A stretch of DNA of 64,000 nucleotides from Folioceros fuciformis (lineage: Eukaryota), in contig JBNGIO010006371.1 in assembly GCA_049999805.1 (NCBI GenBank), positions 21,413 to 85,412 of the forward strand, given 5' to 3'. A program made the translations under genes and the position numbers. Under the pieces are notes generated by a model. The model ran no database searches. It was not told the origin of the DNA and saw only the letters and a program-made list of their open reading frames with translations. This document shows positions 1-12,603 of the stretch, piece after piece (the stretch's first letter is position 1; the number at the start of each line of letters is the position of its first letter).

Positions 1-803
1 AATCCAACCTTCTCGCACCCGGTGTCACTCCCTCACACACACACACGCGCACACGCACACGCACGCGCGCCAGAAAACAAATCAATCAGCCACTCGCTCC
101 ACCTGGATTCCGCAATCCCTTCACCTCCCCGCACGCGGCAGCAGCAGCATCACCGACGCGCTCCCCTCTCCTCCAGCAGCGGCCGGCTCGGCAGCCGAAA
201 TGCGTGAGAGGCAACAATCGGAGCGCTCAACGCCCGTGTCAGAGGCAACCGGAGAGTAGCCCGCTCAGGCTTTAAAGCCCAGCCTTGTCGCCATCGCCGA
301 TCTCGCGTGCATGCTGGGGCTAGGGTTACGCTCACCAACTGTGGTTACCGAGGGACGAACTGCGACACGGGCAACTGCGGGCAGCCGCAGGTTTGAGCGG
401 CCCGTATCGGGCCTGGCGCAGCGAGGTGCGGCCGACCACCTGTCAGCGAGTGTGGAGCTGCCCGACTGGCGGGGAGTCAGCCCCACCCACCGCCACCGGT
501 TACCTCTACCGCGCCACCTCTACCGCAACCCCTCCCGCTGCAGTGACGTGAGACGATGGCGCCAAGAAGGTGCCTGGACGAGGACAAGGTGCAGCCATGG
601 CCGCGGGCCCGCCATCCTAGAGAACCCCTTCCCGCTTGTTTTCATAGAAAACGATGGACGGCGACTCTGTGGACCAGGGCAGAGGACTTTCGTTATCGGC
701 TCTCCCGTGGGGCTCTTGGCGTGCGCAGGCAGCCGACTGGCCTACTCCGCAACTGCTGTCCTTCATTGCTCTCCGTCTCATTCTTCAGCCAAGTCCTCCC
801 AAC

Positions 804-1350
804 TCAACGACAACCCTTCTTCTGCCATGGCCAGTCATCCATGGCGGCCAAGAATTGCACTTCCGTCGTGAAGGCAGAGCACCAAGTCCACCTCGACGGC
901 GGCTGTGTTTCCAAGCAGGCAGCCGACCAATGGCTTTCGGATAGTCTTATCTCCTGGATTCTGGCCCGCCAGGAAGCATACAATATGGCCCGGCCTTGGG
1001 GATAGTGTTTTCCCAAGGAGTCGGATCGCGATGTCTGTCCCCAGCTTTCGTCAAGCAAGCTCCTCCATATTTTAAAACCCACGCTGTAAAGAAACATATG
1101 TATAACGGTCTCTTCTGTACTCAAGTCCATAATTGTCAGCTTAGCACTCTCTTTTTTACAATTCCCTTAGAGATTAGGTGTCCTTTTGGTCATGAAGAAG
1201 CTTTCATAAGCTCCCCACAATCAAGGAATGATTTAAGTACTATGCTCACCATGTCATCTTCCACTCTGGTTCATAAAACCACAATGGAAGATGAAGATGG
1301 AAGAGTCTTAACCAAAGCCAGGTCTAATGTGAGTCTAACTATGATCTAAA
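804..1350 (-). mobile_element. Degenerate L1-type LINE 3' fragment (zf-RVT region)
   Basis: Minus-strand translation gives ...PKGHLISKGIV... then 'EETVIHMFL...KIW...LYASWRAR', resembling the zf-RVT 'ETxxHLF' and 'W..W..RN' motifs of plant LINE ORF2, broken by stops. Confidence 0.45.
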
Positions 1351-1433
1351 TGTGAGCCTTTACCTTAAGTGGAAGGGTTTAAGTGAATTAGGGTAGAGGT
1401 ATAATATAAAGACATTATCCAACATGTTTATAG

Positions 1434-2374
1434 TTACAATGCATATGGACTAGCTTGTTGTGGAAATGCTGTCATTCCTACTTGGTTTTGCACAGTAGGT
1501 CTCCAGTCCTCTAGAGATTTTGCAAACAATATATAGTACAATAAACCAAAGATACAATTGAAGAAAATGAAAGCAGCTCCTGCTCCAAAGACTCCCTTTG
1601 ACATGGTTTTGCAAGTCAAGTATTGCCCAAAAGGCATGGCAGTTTTGGTGTGGATTGAATTGTGACTACATCCAGCTAGAAGGCATATCTCCGCAATGCT
1701 CCAACAAAGCCTACAGTTACCATAAACTAGTAATCATACTTGGATCACTTAATCACACATTCAGTTAGGAAAGATGCAATGCTACAACGTGGTGTAAGGA
1801 ATTTCTAGATCCTTTCCACTTGAGCCTACTTCAACTTTGTGAGTGCATGCTTTGTAGTCATGGGTGGTTTGAAGAGCACTCAGAATGCAAAGAATTTCAA
1901 AGCTTCATTCATCACTGAGTAAGAGGTTGTACATACCACACTAGTATGAAACTTATAATGCCACAAATCCGACCACACCCTGGCTTATGGGCGCCTCCAC
2001 AGCAATAACAACGTGTAGCACCCATTAATAGAAGGTGAGCTAAAATCAAAAACAGAAAAGAGAACGCTCCAAGACCTGTGGATACATCTGGCTTGTACTG
2101 GCAGGTGTACAATTTGGTTGTGTTGTCATACACAACAGTGGCCTACAAGATAAGCAAGATTTCAAGATTTCACATCTTGTGTGTCTATTGAATCCTAGTA
2201 GAAGAATTCAAAGCTGTAGCATTTAGAGAGCAAACCAACCAATGCAAAGATCATTCAACTAATGCAAAGATCACATACCGTGCTTCGCTTTTGCTCAGCG
2301 GAAACTGCACAAGAGAAAGCAATGACATACAAAATGAAAGAACTAATGCACACTAGTACAGATATTTTGCCCAT
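1434..2374 (-). CDS. DUF1218 family membrane protein (MWL/VCC-like), 3 exons
   Basis: Spliced: MGKISVLVCISSFILYVIAFSCAVSAEQKRST | ATVVYDNTTKLYTCQYKPDVSTGLG...ATRCYCCG...FILVW | LCWSIAEICLLAG...CKTMSKGVFGAGAAF...; GT-AG introns; AEQKRS, TRCxCCG and KGVFxAGAAF motifs are typical of DUF1218. Confidence 0.85.
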
Positions 2375-3483
2375 GATATGCTCCACAGTTTTCAAGTTTC
2401 TGTTTCAGTTTGAGCTTAAGCTGATTCATAGGTCAAGATTCATACAATGCTTTGATTCACACAACACTTTTGTCTTGTTCAACATGCATCATGATTTTCT
2501 TGAACACCTTCAATCTAGTTTCTCAATTCCACTTTTGTCTGCCTTGGGTAGCTTTAATATGCGGCTCAACACAAAGCATAACAATAAGATCTTTAGCAAG
2601 CTCTCAACAAAGAATGAGACATTGTCCGTCATTGCTTGGCCACACTTGTTTGTCATGTTGTTGTAGATGATATTTACATAATGGAATGCTTGATGCGTTC
2701 CCTGACCACATATTTGTATCACTACATTGTGGCTAGATGAGGTGATCACAGTTGCAAAATTCTTCCCCACTCATTTGATGTACCTTAAGCTCTTTGAGCC
2801 ACTTCACAAGCTTTGGATTTTTCAATGGGTGTGTTTGTTTTGCCTTTTGTAAGATCATTAGTACATTCTTCTTTTTAGATGCTAGTATGGAATATGAGAG
2901 GCAAGCTTTGTGTGATCTGATGTGATTTTTCTGATTTTTTAATTTTAAATTTATAGTGATTTTCGGGTGTAACTGCGTGAGTTGAGGAAATTTTAATTTA
3001 ATTCTAATATACATATTTATTTAAACTAATTATTTTTTCAAGCTAATTAGATAGGTGATAAGGGCCATATGGAATTAGTGCAGTTACGGGTTCAATTCGC
3101 TGTTTCCCGGGTTGGGTTTCATTTGCCATTGTACAAGCCTCCTGAAATCGCAATCTCTGCGGTGCCAAGATCGTAACGAACGGACCGTTCTTTGTCTGAA
3201 TTTTCTGTGACGTGTATACAGAATGAAGCAGACGAGCTGGGAGGGCAACAGCAGGTCGGGAAAACGTACTCGGTTGGAAGGGACACCGAAGATGTGCATC
3301 ACTGGGAGGTTTGGGAGCCATGGTTAAGGTGGCCTAAGTGTTTCCCGGAGATCTCGGTTCAATTCTGACGCACGGCGGTGGTGTCAGCAGTGGCTTCCAG
3401 TGTGGTGAGTGAGAGAGAGTCTTGAAGCCGGACGGATTGTTGGAAGGTCTGATCCCTCGCTGGTTCTGAGACTCACCTGCTGG

Positions 3484-5904
3484 ATGGGGCAAGCCATGAA
3501 GTCTGTAGTATCAGCATCACGCTTGCGCTCTGCACCGAGGGTGTACCGAAGTAGTAAGAATGGTGGCCATAGCTTACGGAATCGGGAGAACGGCACCAAA
3601 AGCGGAAGGAAGGAAGGTCAGTGGTTGCCGTGATGCAGAATATTGGAGTTTGCATCTGATGCACAATTTAGGAGATTCGCAGACTTTGAATTGCCGGTGT
3701 CACACTTGTAACACTTGCCTTCATGCAGGGTTGCAGGTAGTAGAGCTCACTTGGGAGCTATGGCGAAGCTGTGTAAGGAGGGATGTGTGCGTGAGGCTCT
3801 CTCTGTCCTGGAAGCACGCAACCAGCAAGGCATGTGTGTGTACGACAAGAACGTGTTCCATCAGCTTTTGCACCGCTCCATCCAGGCCAAGGATTTGGGA
3901 ATAGGCAGGGAAGTACATGGGCTTATTGTCAGAACTGGGTTTGAGGCAAACCCTGCTTTAGGAAACCACCTGATTCGAATGTATGCTGTTTGTGGGAGTC
4001 TGCTGGAAGCCACGGAAGTGTTCAGGAACCTTCCAACACCGGATGTTTTCTCGTGGACTGCTCTTATTACGGGATTTGTTAAGCATGGGCAAAGTGAACA
4101 GGCTTTGAAGCTTTACGAGCAGATGCAGGTCTCAAGCGTGAAACCGGATAACTACATCTATGTCGCGGTGATTGGAGCATGTGCGACAACTGCCGCTTTG
4201 GCTCAAGGGAAGCTAATCCATGGTCATGTCCGGGAAAGTGGCTTTGGTTCACATGTCTACATTGGGAACTCTCTTATTGATATGTACGCCAAGTGTCAAA
4301 GCCTTGAGGATGCACGCAACGTGTTTGACTCAATGCCGACCAGGGATCTTATTTCGTGGAATTCGATGATTGGAGGGTATGTGCAGCAGGGGCTGAATCA
4401 GATGGCCTTTGAATTGTTTGACCAAATGCAGAAAGAGGGCATTGCCCCAGACAGACTTACCTTTCTCAGCATTTTAAAAGCATGCTGTAACACACAAGCC
4501 CTGACTCAAGGCAAGCTGATCCATGCTCAATTGTTGCAGTGTGGTTTTGGATCAGATGCATATATCGGTTCCACTCTCATTGACATGTATTGCAAGTGCG
4601 GGAGCCTGGAGGATGCGCGGAGCGTGTTTGACAATGTGCGTACAAGAGATGTGGCACTTTGGAATGCCATAATCACTGGATACTCTCATCAGGTTCTCGG
4701 TCAAGAAGCAATGGACTTGTTCCAGCAGATGCAAGCAGAGGGCTTTCTGCCAAATCGAGTGACGTATCTCAGTGTCCTAAAAGCGTGCTCTGGTACAGCT
4801 GCACTAGATCTGTTGAAGGTGATTCACTCACACATCAGGGAGACTGCATTCAAGATGGACGTGTTTTTAGGGAGCACTCTGATTGACATGTATGCCAAAT
4901 GCAGGAGCCTCCAGGAGGCTCGCAGTGTCTTTGAGCGACTGCCTGCTAGAGACCTTGTATCGTGGACAACACTGATCAGGGGGTACGTGGAGAACGACAA
5001 CCTGAAGGAGGCTATCCAGCTGTTTCACCAAATGCAACAACAGGGCTTGCATCCAGACAAGGTTACTCTGGTGAGCATACTCAAAGCTTGTGGGAATGCG
5101 GCTGCGCTGGATCAAGGCAAGAGCCTTCATGCACACGTCGTGGACCAGGGACTTGATTCGGACACAGCAGTTTCCAACACCCTCATTGACATGTATGCCA
5201 AGTGCGGCAGTCTGGGTCATGCACGGTCCGTGTTTGACAGGCTGACAAACAAAGATCAGGCCTCATGGACTGTCGCCATCGCAGCACACTGTCAGCACGG
5301 GGATGTCCAAGAGGCTTTGCGACTGTTTCATGCAATGCAGCTGGAAGGACAGCGTCCGGACAGAATTACATTTGTCTGCCTACTTTCTGCCTGTAGCCAT
5401 GTTGGTTGTGTGTATGAGGGTATACGACTGTTCCAATCCATGTCCCATGTGTCTGGGACCGTCCCGGACATGGAGCACTATTCCTGCATGGTAGACCTTC
5501 TGGGCCGGGCTGGGTACTTGTCTGAGGCAGAGGAACTGATCAGCAAAATGCCCTCTGAACCTGGGGCTGTGGTTTTGACATCTTTGCTGGGAGCTTGTCG
5601 GACACACGGCGATGTGGAGCTCGGCAGGCGATTGTTTGAGTCCATAATGAAGCTCGATTCTAGCAACTCCGGTGCATACATGCTCATGGCACACATCTAC
5701 GCTGAAGCTGGGCTGTGGGATGCTAAGGCAGATATCATGAGGATGATGCGGAGCGCCTGCGCGAACAAGGAGGTGGGACGAACGTGGATGACATTTGGTG
5801 CCGAGGTACACACTTTTGTAGTCGAGGACACATTGCATTCCGAGAGGCGACAAATTTATGACACCATTGAGAAACTCATGTTAGAGATCCATTTGCTGAA
5901 CTGA
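3484..5904 (+). CDS. PLS-class pentatricopeptide repeat protein, E/E+ C-terminus, no DYW (organellar RNA-editing factor type)
   Basis: Repeated P-L-S motifs (LIDMYAKCGSL, SWxxxIxGY), E1/E2 (HYSCMVDLLGRAG, LLGACRTHG), degenerate PG box 'EVGRTW'; probable Ser/Arg-rich transit-peptide exon 3484-3616 joins in phase to 3737. Confidence 0.93.
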
Positions 5905-6809
5905 CCGAAGCCTCTGGATCTTTTTGTCCAACCTGTCGACTGTGCATTGTGGAAACGCTTAAGGAGCTGCACCGGGGAAATCCCTATCTGAAGATCAAGT
6001 TGCTTGTCACAGCCATAGTCCTGCTGGAAGACCATGCGCTATCGACAGCGTTAAAATGCCAGCTAGGAACAGATATCGACCCCCTCAAACAACAAGAGGC
6101 GTTGTTAGGATGACTTCACACTCAACCGTAATTAGCTCAACCGTGTGCTCAGTCTGGGGATCAGGCGCATGCACATGGTTGACAAAGAAGCGATTGAGCA
6201 ACGCAACCAGTTGATCACACATTTCCATGAGGGTTCAGGTTGCGCTGTTAAGGCTGTTCGATCATCCAAGTCTCCATCCTAGTCATCAACGACGTCAGAA
6301 TTTCGAAAGAAGTTAGTAAGTGGGACTTCTGTAGGTAAAAAACAGGCCTGTTGGGCCTCAGAGTGAGTCTCAAGTCAAGGCTCACCTTGGGTGGATGCCT
6401 GTCTCTCAAGACGGGAACAGATTAGCAAGCACGATAGAGTGCCCGACGATGTGCATGCGTGACACCAGAGCCACTGTGCAAGACCCTAGACATGTGGCAC
6501 GGTCTGCAGTATGGTTCTGCGAGTTCAAGAGAATTAATCAGGTCACAGCTTTGAAATCGAAACTTGTCCTTGGAAGGTCCAACTCACAGCTCAAGAAGCA
6601 TGGAAAAAAGGCATCACAGTTATTCAAGGTCTCATTTGACATACGCAACGACAAATGCCTCCAAGCCGAAAGTTCACCTGTTTTCGGCAGTCACTTAAAG
6701 CAAAAGATATCCTAACGAGGAATACCTATCTCCTACCAACTTCCTCCAGCAGGAAGCTTGCTTATCCTTGGTCGCAAGTGCTCCCACTACGACAGCTTCC
6801 GGGCACACA

Positions 6810-7479
6810 TTACTTCGGATTCCTCAACACAATAATAACAGAGTCACCTCGAAGAAACATCTTGCTGATGAATCTGTCCTTGTTCACCGGCTGCGCCTTC
6901 TTCTTTCCCTTCCCTGTCTTGGGAACCTGCAACCATGACAGCCGTTCCAGCTAAGTAGCGGGCACCACGTTATCCAACGCTACCACAGAGCACTCTGATA
7001 CACAAGCCTATCAGGCACCAGCACATCATCACCAAAATCCAGTGAACACTCAAAGACCTCGTCCAACAAAGGGCTTAAGAAAGCGTACTTCTGTCCACAT
7101 CTCCCTCACGTTCTCCAGCACCATGTTACAGTGTCTGTCGAACGCCTTCACTCTTCCAAGCAGTTTCTTATTATTCCGGCAATTTATCAACACCTGCACA
7201 GCCAGTAGCCAGGTTCGTCAAAAGGGACAGTGTGAAGCACCCGGCGACACGCTCGCGGCACTTCGCCGCAACAGTCGCCACTAACCTGAGTGTTATTCTT
7301 CACACTCATAGTGAGAACGGAAAGCGGCCCTGTGCTAAATTCTTGCTCCTCCGTCTTTTCCTGAGGAAATCAACACAGCAGACATGAGTTCCGCACCCGC
7401 ACAACAAGCCGCTCAATCTGAGATTGACGAGTGAACATACCGCGTCCTCTTCCATCGGTCTTGCCCCAACGCCCGACAT
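6810..7479 (-). CDS. SmD2: Small nuclear ribonucleoprotein Sm D2, 4 exons
   Basis: Spliced: [13 protein letters not shown] | [25 protein letters not shown] | [35 protein letters not shown] | [38 protein letters not shown]. Confidence 0.96.
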
Positions 7480-7933
7480 CGCTCCAAGCTCAGACACCAC
7501 TGCTCTCAAACGCGACAACACCAGCAACGACGTGTTTGAGAAATAGGGTCCCTTCTGAGCTCTATTTGGAACTCGCTTCAGTTCTAAACGGGAAGTAAAA
7601 GAGCCACTCGTAGCCTGTGAGACATCAAACCGCTTTGAATAGGTTTCAAGAAGAAAAGAAAAAGAAAAAGAAGAGAAACCGTGAGCCTATGACCTTAAGC
7701 GTTAGAGTCGCCTGCGTCTCAATCTCTGAATCCTATTGGGAACGGACCATCTTAGCTCCTCATTACAATCTTCAACTTATAATGATAGTTTTATAAAATA
7801 AATATTTCAATATGGGTTTGACTTTTGGGGTAATATTTTATTTAATAATGTTTTATAAACCTAGGCTCTCTTTCCTCTTATGTGGGAACCATATGTATCT
7901 TACGGATGTATGGATGTGTGGGTAGGCTACACT

Positions 7934-7956
7934 TAACCCTAAACCCTAAACCCTAG
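7934..7956. promoter_or_regulatory. Telo-box cluster (~3 plant telomere-type units) upstream of SmD2
   Basis: taaccctaaaccctaaaccctag about 450 bp upstream of the SmD2 start. Confidence 0.55.
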
Positions 7957-8910
7957 GACGCCATGGATGATGGATGTGATGAGATCATGGATCATGGATG
8001 TGTGTACCTTTTTGATCTTTAGGGCACAATCCATCTTTTGGAGTAGATGGATTTTTAATCCATCTACTCTAATGGATTTTAAAAATTAAATTAAGATAAT
8101 GAACTGATATCACGTACTGAAACGTTGTCATTTTGGAAAGATAGAGGAGAGTTTGGGAAATGCTTGCGATGGTAGAGGTGAGCCACACAATCACAAAATG
8201 CACGTAGAGCATGGCAGAGTAGGGAGCATGTTGGACCTGAAAAAGCTCTTGTCGATTCCGACATGGTGCAGGTGCAGGTGCAGGGATGTACATGGTGCCT
8301 ACCTGTCCTGCATTGTTTTCACCGCAACAAAGACACTTTGCATACGCAAATGTCCGCACTCGGACTGTCTGCTGTTGCTGTCGTCAAGCCTGGAGCTGGG
8401 CAGATATGGTTCAGTCTTTGTCCTGTACAACAGTATTAGTAGGTAGCCCTGCAGGGGAATTGTATGCTAGCGAGGATTGACGCTGGGACGAATCAGAGAG
8501 TGCGAAAGCAGGCAAGCCACCATCTTCCTCGCCCAGGATCAGCTGGTAATGCCTGGAGTGTGTGTACGTTATCATGAGTTTTTTGGCCTGTTAAACGTGT
8601 GTGTCCGTGTGAGAATCGATGGAGGAGCTTCACGACGGCCACGGCTCTTCAGAGGCTATCCCCGCCTGGACCGTAGCGGGACACATAATTGGGCTGAGGC
8701 AGCTGGGCTGTCGTAGTCGGGGTCGAGGCCCTCCGTCCCGGTCGTGGAGATAGGCCTGGCTCGTGGGGCCGGCGGGCCGGCCGGCAGGCAGGCAGGCAGG
8801 ATGGAAGTCTCTGTCGCAGTTGCTCGGGCGGGCCTAAAAGTATTTGTGGGTGATGGATTTGTGGGTGCAATTCGGGTGCAGCGATTCCCGTTCGTGGGCC
8901 TGCGGGAAAG

Positions 8911-11526
8911 ATGGCGGCCTGGTGGAGCCGGGGCGTCGTCTTGTTTTGCGTTCTTGTGGCGGCGGCTGTGCCGTTCAAGAAGGAGGTGGGCGGTGTAGAA
9001 GCCGCATTGGATTCAAGAAAGCTTCTTGGCTTCGACAGTGCCGACCAGGTAATGCCATGGGCGTGGTGGGTGTGGAATGCTGCAATGTACGAAGTTGTTG
9101 TGGGTTGTTGGGGGGCCGGGGGGAATTCGTTGGTTTCTGGTTGGGAATTCGAGCGGAAGCTGTGCCGGTCCTCTTCAGGACGACGGAAGCGTGAAGGAGG
9201 CCTCACAGCCGGTTCTGGTGGCCGGGGCCGAGCGGGATCGGGTCGATCGGCTCCCGGGGCAGCCTGATGTGGAGTTCCTGCAGTTTGCGGGCTACGTGAC
9301 GGTGAACGAGAGCAACGGGAGGGCCTTCTTTTACTGGCACTTCGAGGCCGAGGACAACGCCAGTTCCAAGCCACTGCTGCTCTGGCTCAATGGAGGTGGG
9401 ATTGTGGATTTTGGAAGGATTCGAATTTGGTTTTGAATGCTGGCGGAAATGGGAGTTGAAATTCTATCTTTGCGATGCAGGCCCTGGATGCTCCTCGGTG
9501 GCCTTCGGTGCGTCCGAGGAGCTTGGGCCGTTTCGGATCAACCGCACGGCGAATTCCTTGTTCCGGAATCACTTCGCTTGGAACAAATGTATGATTCGAT
9601 CGCTGCCCAGGATGTGAAGCCCTGCTGTGTGTGTGCCTTTTGGTCTTCGTTAGCTGGGATGTTGTGCTGAATCCTGGATAATCATGAGTGTTGCAATGGT
9701 CGTGGTGGTAGTGGCAAACCTGATCTTCGTGGAGTCTCCTGCGGGCGTGGGATTCTCCTACTCCAACAAATCCCTCGATTATGTCACAGGCGACGCGCAA
9801 ACTGGTACGACTACTGTCTGACCTTGGATGCCATCCATTTAATGATCAACCAGTTCCAGTCTCGTCTGCTTTTGTCTCACGAATCTCCGACGGAAAACAT
9901 TCTCTGCACATGATCCAGCTGCGGACAATCTCCAGTTTGTGCTGAGGTGGTTTGAGAGATTCCCCCAATACCAGAACCGGGACTTCTACATAAGTGGAGA
10001 GAGCTACGCAGGTAACGCTCCTTCCCACCTTCCTTCCTTGGGCTGGAAGATCTCTTGCTCTCAAACCACTCACAATGTGAGCTGTCACTCAGGTCACTAC
10101 GTCCCTCAGCTGGCAAAACTCCTGTACGAATACATCGCCAACCAGACCAACCCCACCATCAACTTCAAGGGCTTCCTGGTACCACGAATCTTCTTTCCTT
10201 CTGTTCTCCACACTCAGCAAAGTCGATCTCTCGACAGTTGGGCTAAAGACCTGGTGGATCTCTCCAATGCATGCAGGTGGGCAACGCTGTTACAGACAAT
10301 CTTCAGGACAATATCGGGACGGTGGATTACTGGTGGACGCATGCACTGATATCAGATGAGACACACGCCGCCATCCTGGCATCGTGCAATTTCACCGTCA
10401 GTACCTTCTCAGATGACTGCAACTCGTATCTGGACCAAGCAATTAATCTAGAATTTGGGAACATAGACTCGTACAGCATTTACTCACCTATATGCAACAG
10501 TTCATCGAACTCCATCACTCACTCCAGGTCCAGTGTTAAGGCGACATCAAATTCCATCCATCGCCGCCTCGGCCCGGTTCGTGTACCAGCCTGCCTATTT
10601 CAAGCTTTCACCTTCCTTTTGGCCTTTGATGTTCTAGTTCCTTCTATGCTAGTCCTGACCCATGGATTCCATGCCGTTTGTATGCTCCTCTTCAACCCTT
10701 TCTACTTCCGGCTCTTTTCTCCCCACAGCTCCGTCATCCCCTCGCAGGATATGATCCTTGTTCCGAGAACTATGCCGAAATTTATTACAATAGACTAGAC
10801 GTCCAACAGGCTCTTCATGTCACCACCACCACAAAAACCATTCCATGGACAGCTTGCAAGTAATGCACGAAAGATTTTCGTTTTCGTTTCTGTTAAGTAT
10901 GCACTAATTGGTCCAGTTCTTTTATTAAAAGTATGATTTCTTAGTGGTACTAATTAGGACATGGTTAACACGTTGCTCCATGTCAGTATGTCGATCAATG
11001 AAAATTGGCAGGACTCCGAGGACTCTATACTACCCATATACAAGGAGCTCATTGCAGCTGGTTTGCGCATTTGGGTGTTCAGGTAGCATTTTGTTTGTTC
11101 TTTGCTTGCTTTTGAAAACTCTCCGATGTCAGTCTTATGAGGTGATAATGTGATTGGACAGCGGAGATACGGATGCTGTTGTTCCAGTCACAGCAACTAG
11201 ATATTCCTTGAATAAACTGAATCTGACTATTGAAGTTCCTTGGTATCCGTGGTATGTTCATGGCGAGGTATGGTTAGGCTTAGAGATTTGTGACACAAGC
11301 ATTGAGAATTTTGTGAATCTTTGTGATGTAAGCATGGAGAAGTTCTGTATTAATGCCACCAATCTTCATGTAGGTGGGAGGGTGGACGCAACAGTACTCA
11401 GGTTTAACCTTTGTGACAACAAGAGGAGCAGGACATGAGGTTCCTGATATTCAACCGCGGCGGGCGTTTGAGCTTGCCAGAAGTTTCCTTCATGGGGTTG
11501 CCTTATCAAACTCCATAAGGTCTTGA
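8911..11526 (+). CDS. Serine carboxypeptidase-like protein, clade II (secreted), multi-exon
   Basis: Signal peptide [46 protein letters not shown] (Ser), GDTDAVVP (Asp), GAGHEVP (His); stop TGA 11524-11526. Confidence 0.93.
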
Positions 11527-12603
11527 TAATCTCCTCAAGAGCTCACTCCAGGGTTTCGCTCGAAGTTTGAATTAGTATAGCTGCTGCAGTCTTCGATATG
11601 CATTTTCACATTGATATCTTCACATATTGTGAACACATATTGTGAAGAGATACAAAAAGCGGGCATAGATCCGTCAGAAGCCTGACCAAGCAATCGCTGC
11701 GATAGGTTTTGAGGAGAGTAGCATTGTTGAAATTTTCGAGGCAACGGTCGCAACCAGTTCCCTTCACGAGTAGAGGATCCTAACCAGCCTAGTCACCTCC
11801 TAATAACTCATTCAGACTGCCTGAGTCATGGGCAATTTTTTGCGTGTATCTGCAATCCGTGCGTTGTAGCACGGCTTAGGTAGAGGCCGCTGAATGGCAT
11901 GGGCCGGCAGCTTAATTGGGCGACAGCCGAAGCACATTATCTGCTGAAGCTTCAATTGAAGAGGATATGGACTGGAGCGAGGATATAGGGGAAAACCCTG
12001 ATACGTAGTCAGCAATCCTGGGTTGCTCAGCTCATGGCATATTTGACACTCATACCAGGGTCTCATACCCTGAAATCCTGGAGCTTGAAAAGTATCTTCC
12101 CTGATGGAACTTGAAAACACTCTGCGTGCCCCTTCCTCAAATTGCATGCTGCTATGCGACCAGCAAAGTAACTTTCTGGCAGGGCACAGCATCACCCCAG
12201 GACTTTCAACTGTATCAACCCCAGGGCTCCGGAACCGGGATAATCAATGGTGACAGACAGGGCAAAACTCTCGTCTGTTGCTCCTGAAACCTGAACCCCA
12301 CTTGACTTGCTTGGCACAAACTCGATGCAAAAGGCAACCCAAATCGTCACTCAGCGGCAGCGAATGCTGTAGCTAAAGCATTTGGGAAAGGCAACAATAG
12401 ACGTGGGCATACCCTGTCAAATTGGCAGCCTCGACAAAGCCCAGACCTACATCTCTGCATTGTGAGTCTAGACAAATAATCCTCCAGACTTTGGTGTTTT
12501 AATCTTGGCAAAAACCTGAGTTGACGCAGCCAAAGCACTTCAACGGCAAGGTCATAGAATGGATGCTCGAATTAAAACATTTCTGAGATGGGTTCCCACA
12601 CCT

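Noticed and set aside
22-800. GC-rich ORFs and CA/CG microsatellite at the window start
   Set aside because: No protein-family signal; low complexity
7934-7956. True telomere or chromosome-fusion scar
   Set aside because: Only ~3 units in a promoter context, better explained as telo-boxes
8911-11526. SCPL as a phenolic acyltransferase belonging to the cluster
   Set aside because: GESYAG and overall motifs are clade II peptidase-type rather than clade IA acyltransferase-type, and it is ~29 kb from PAL
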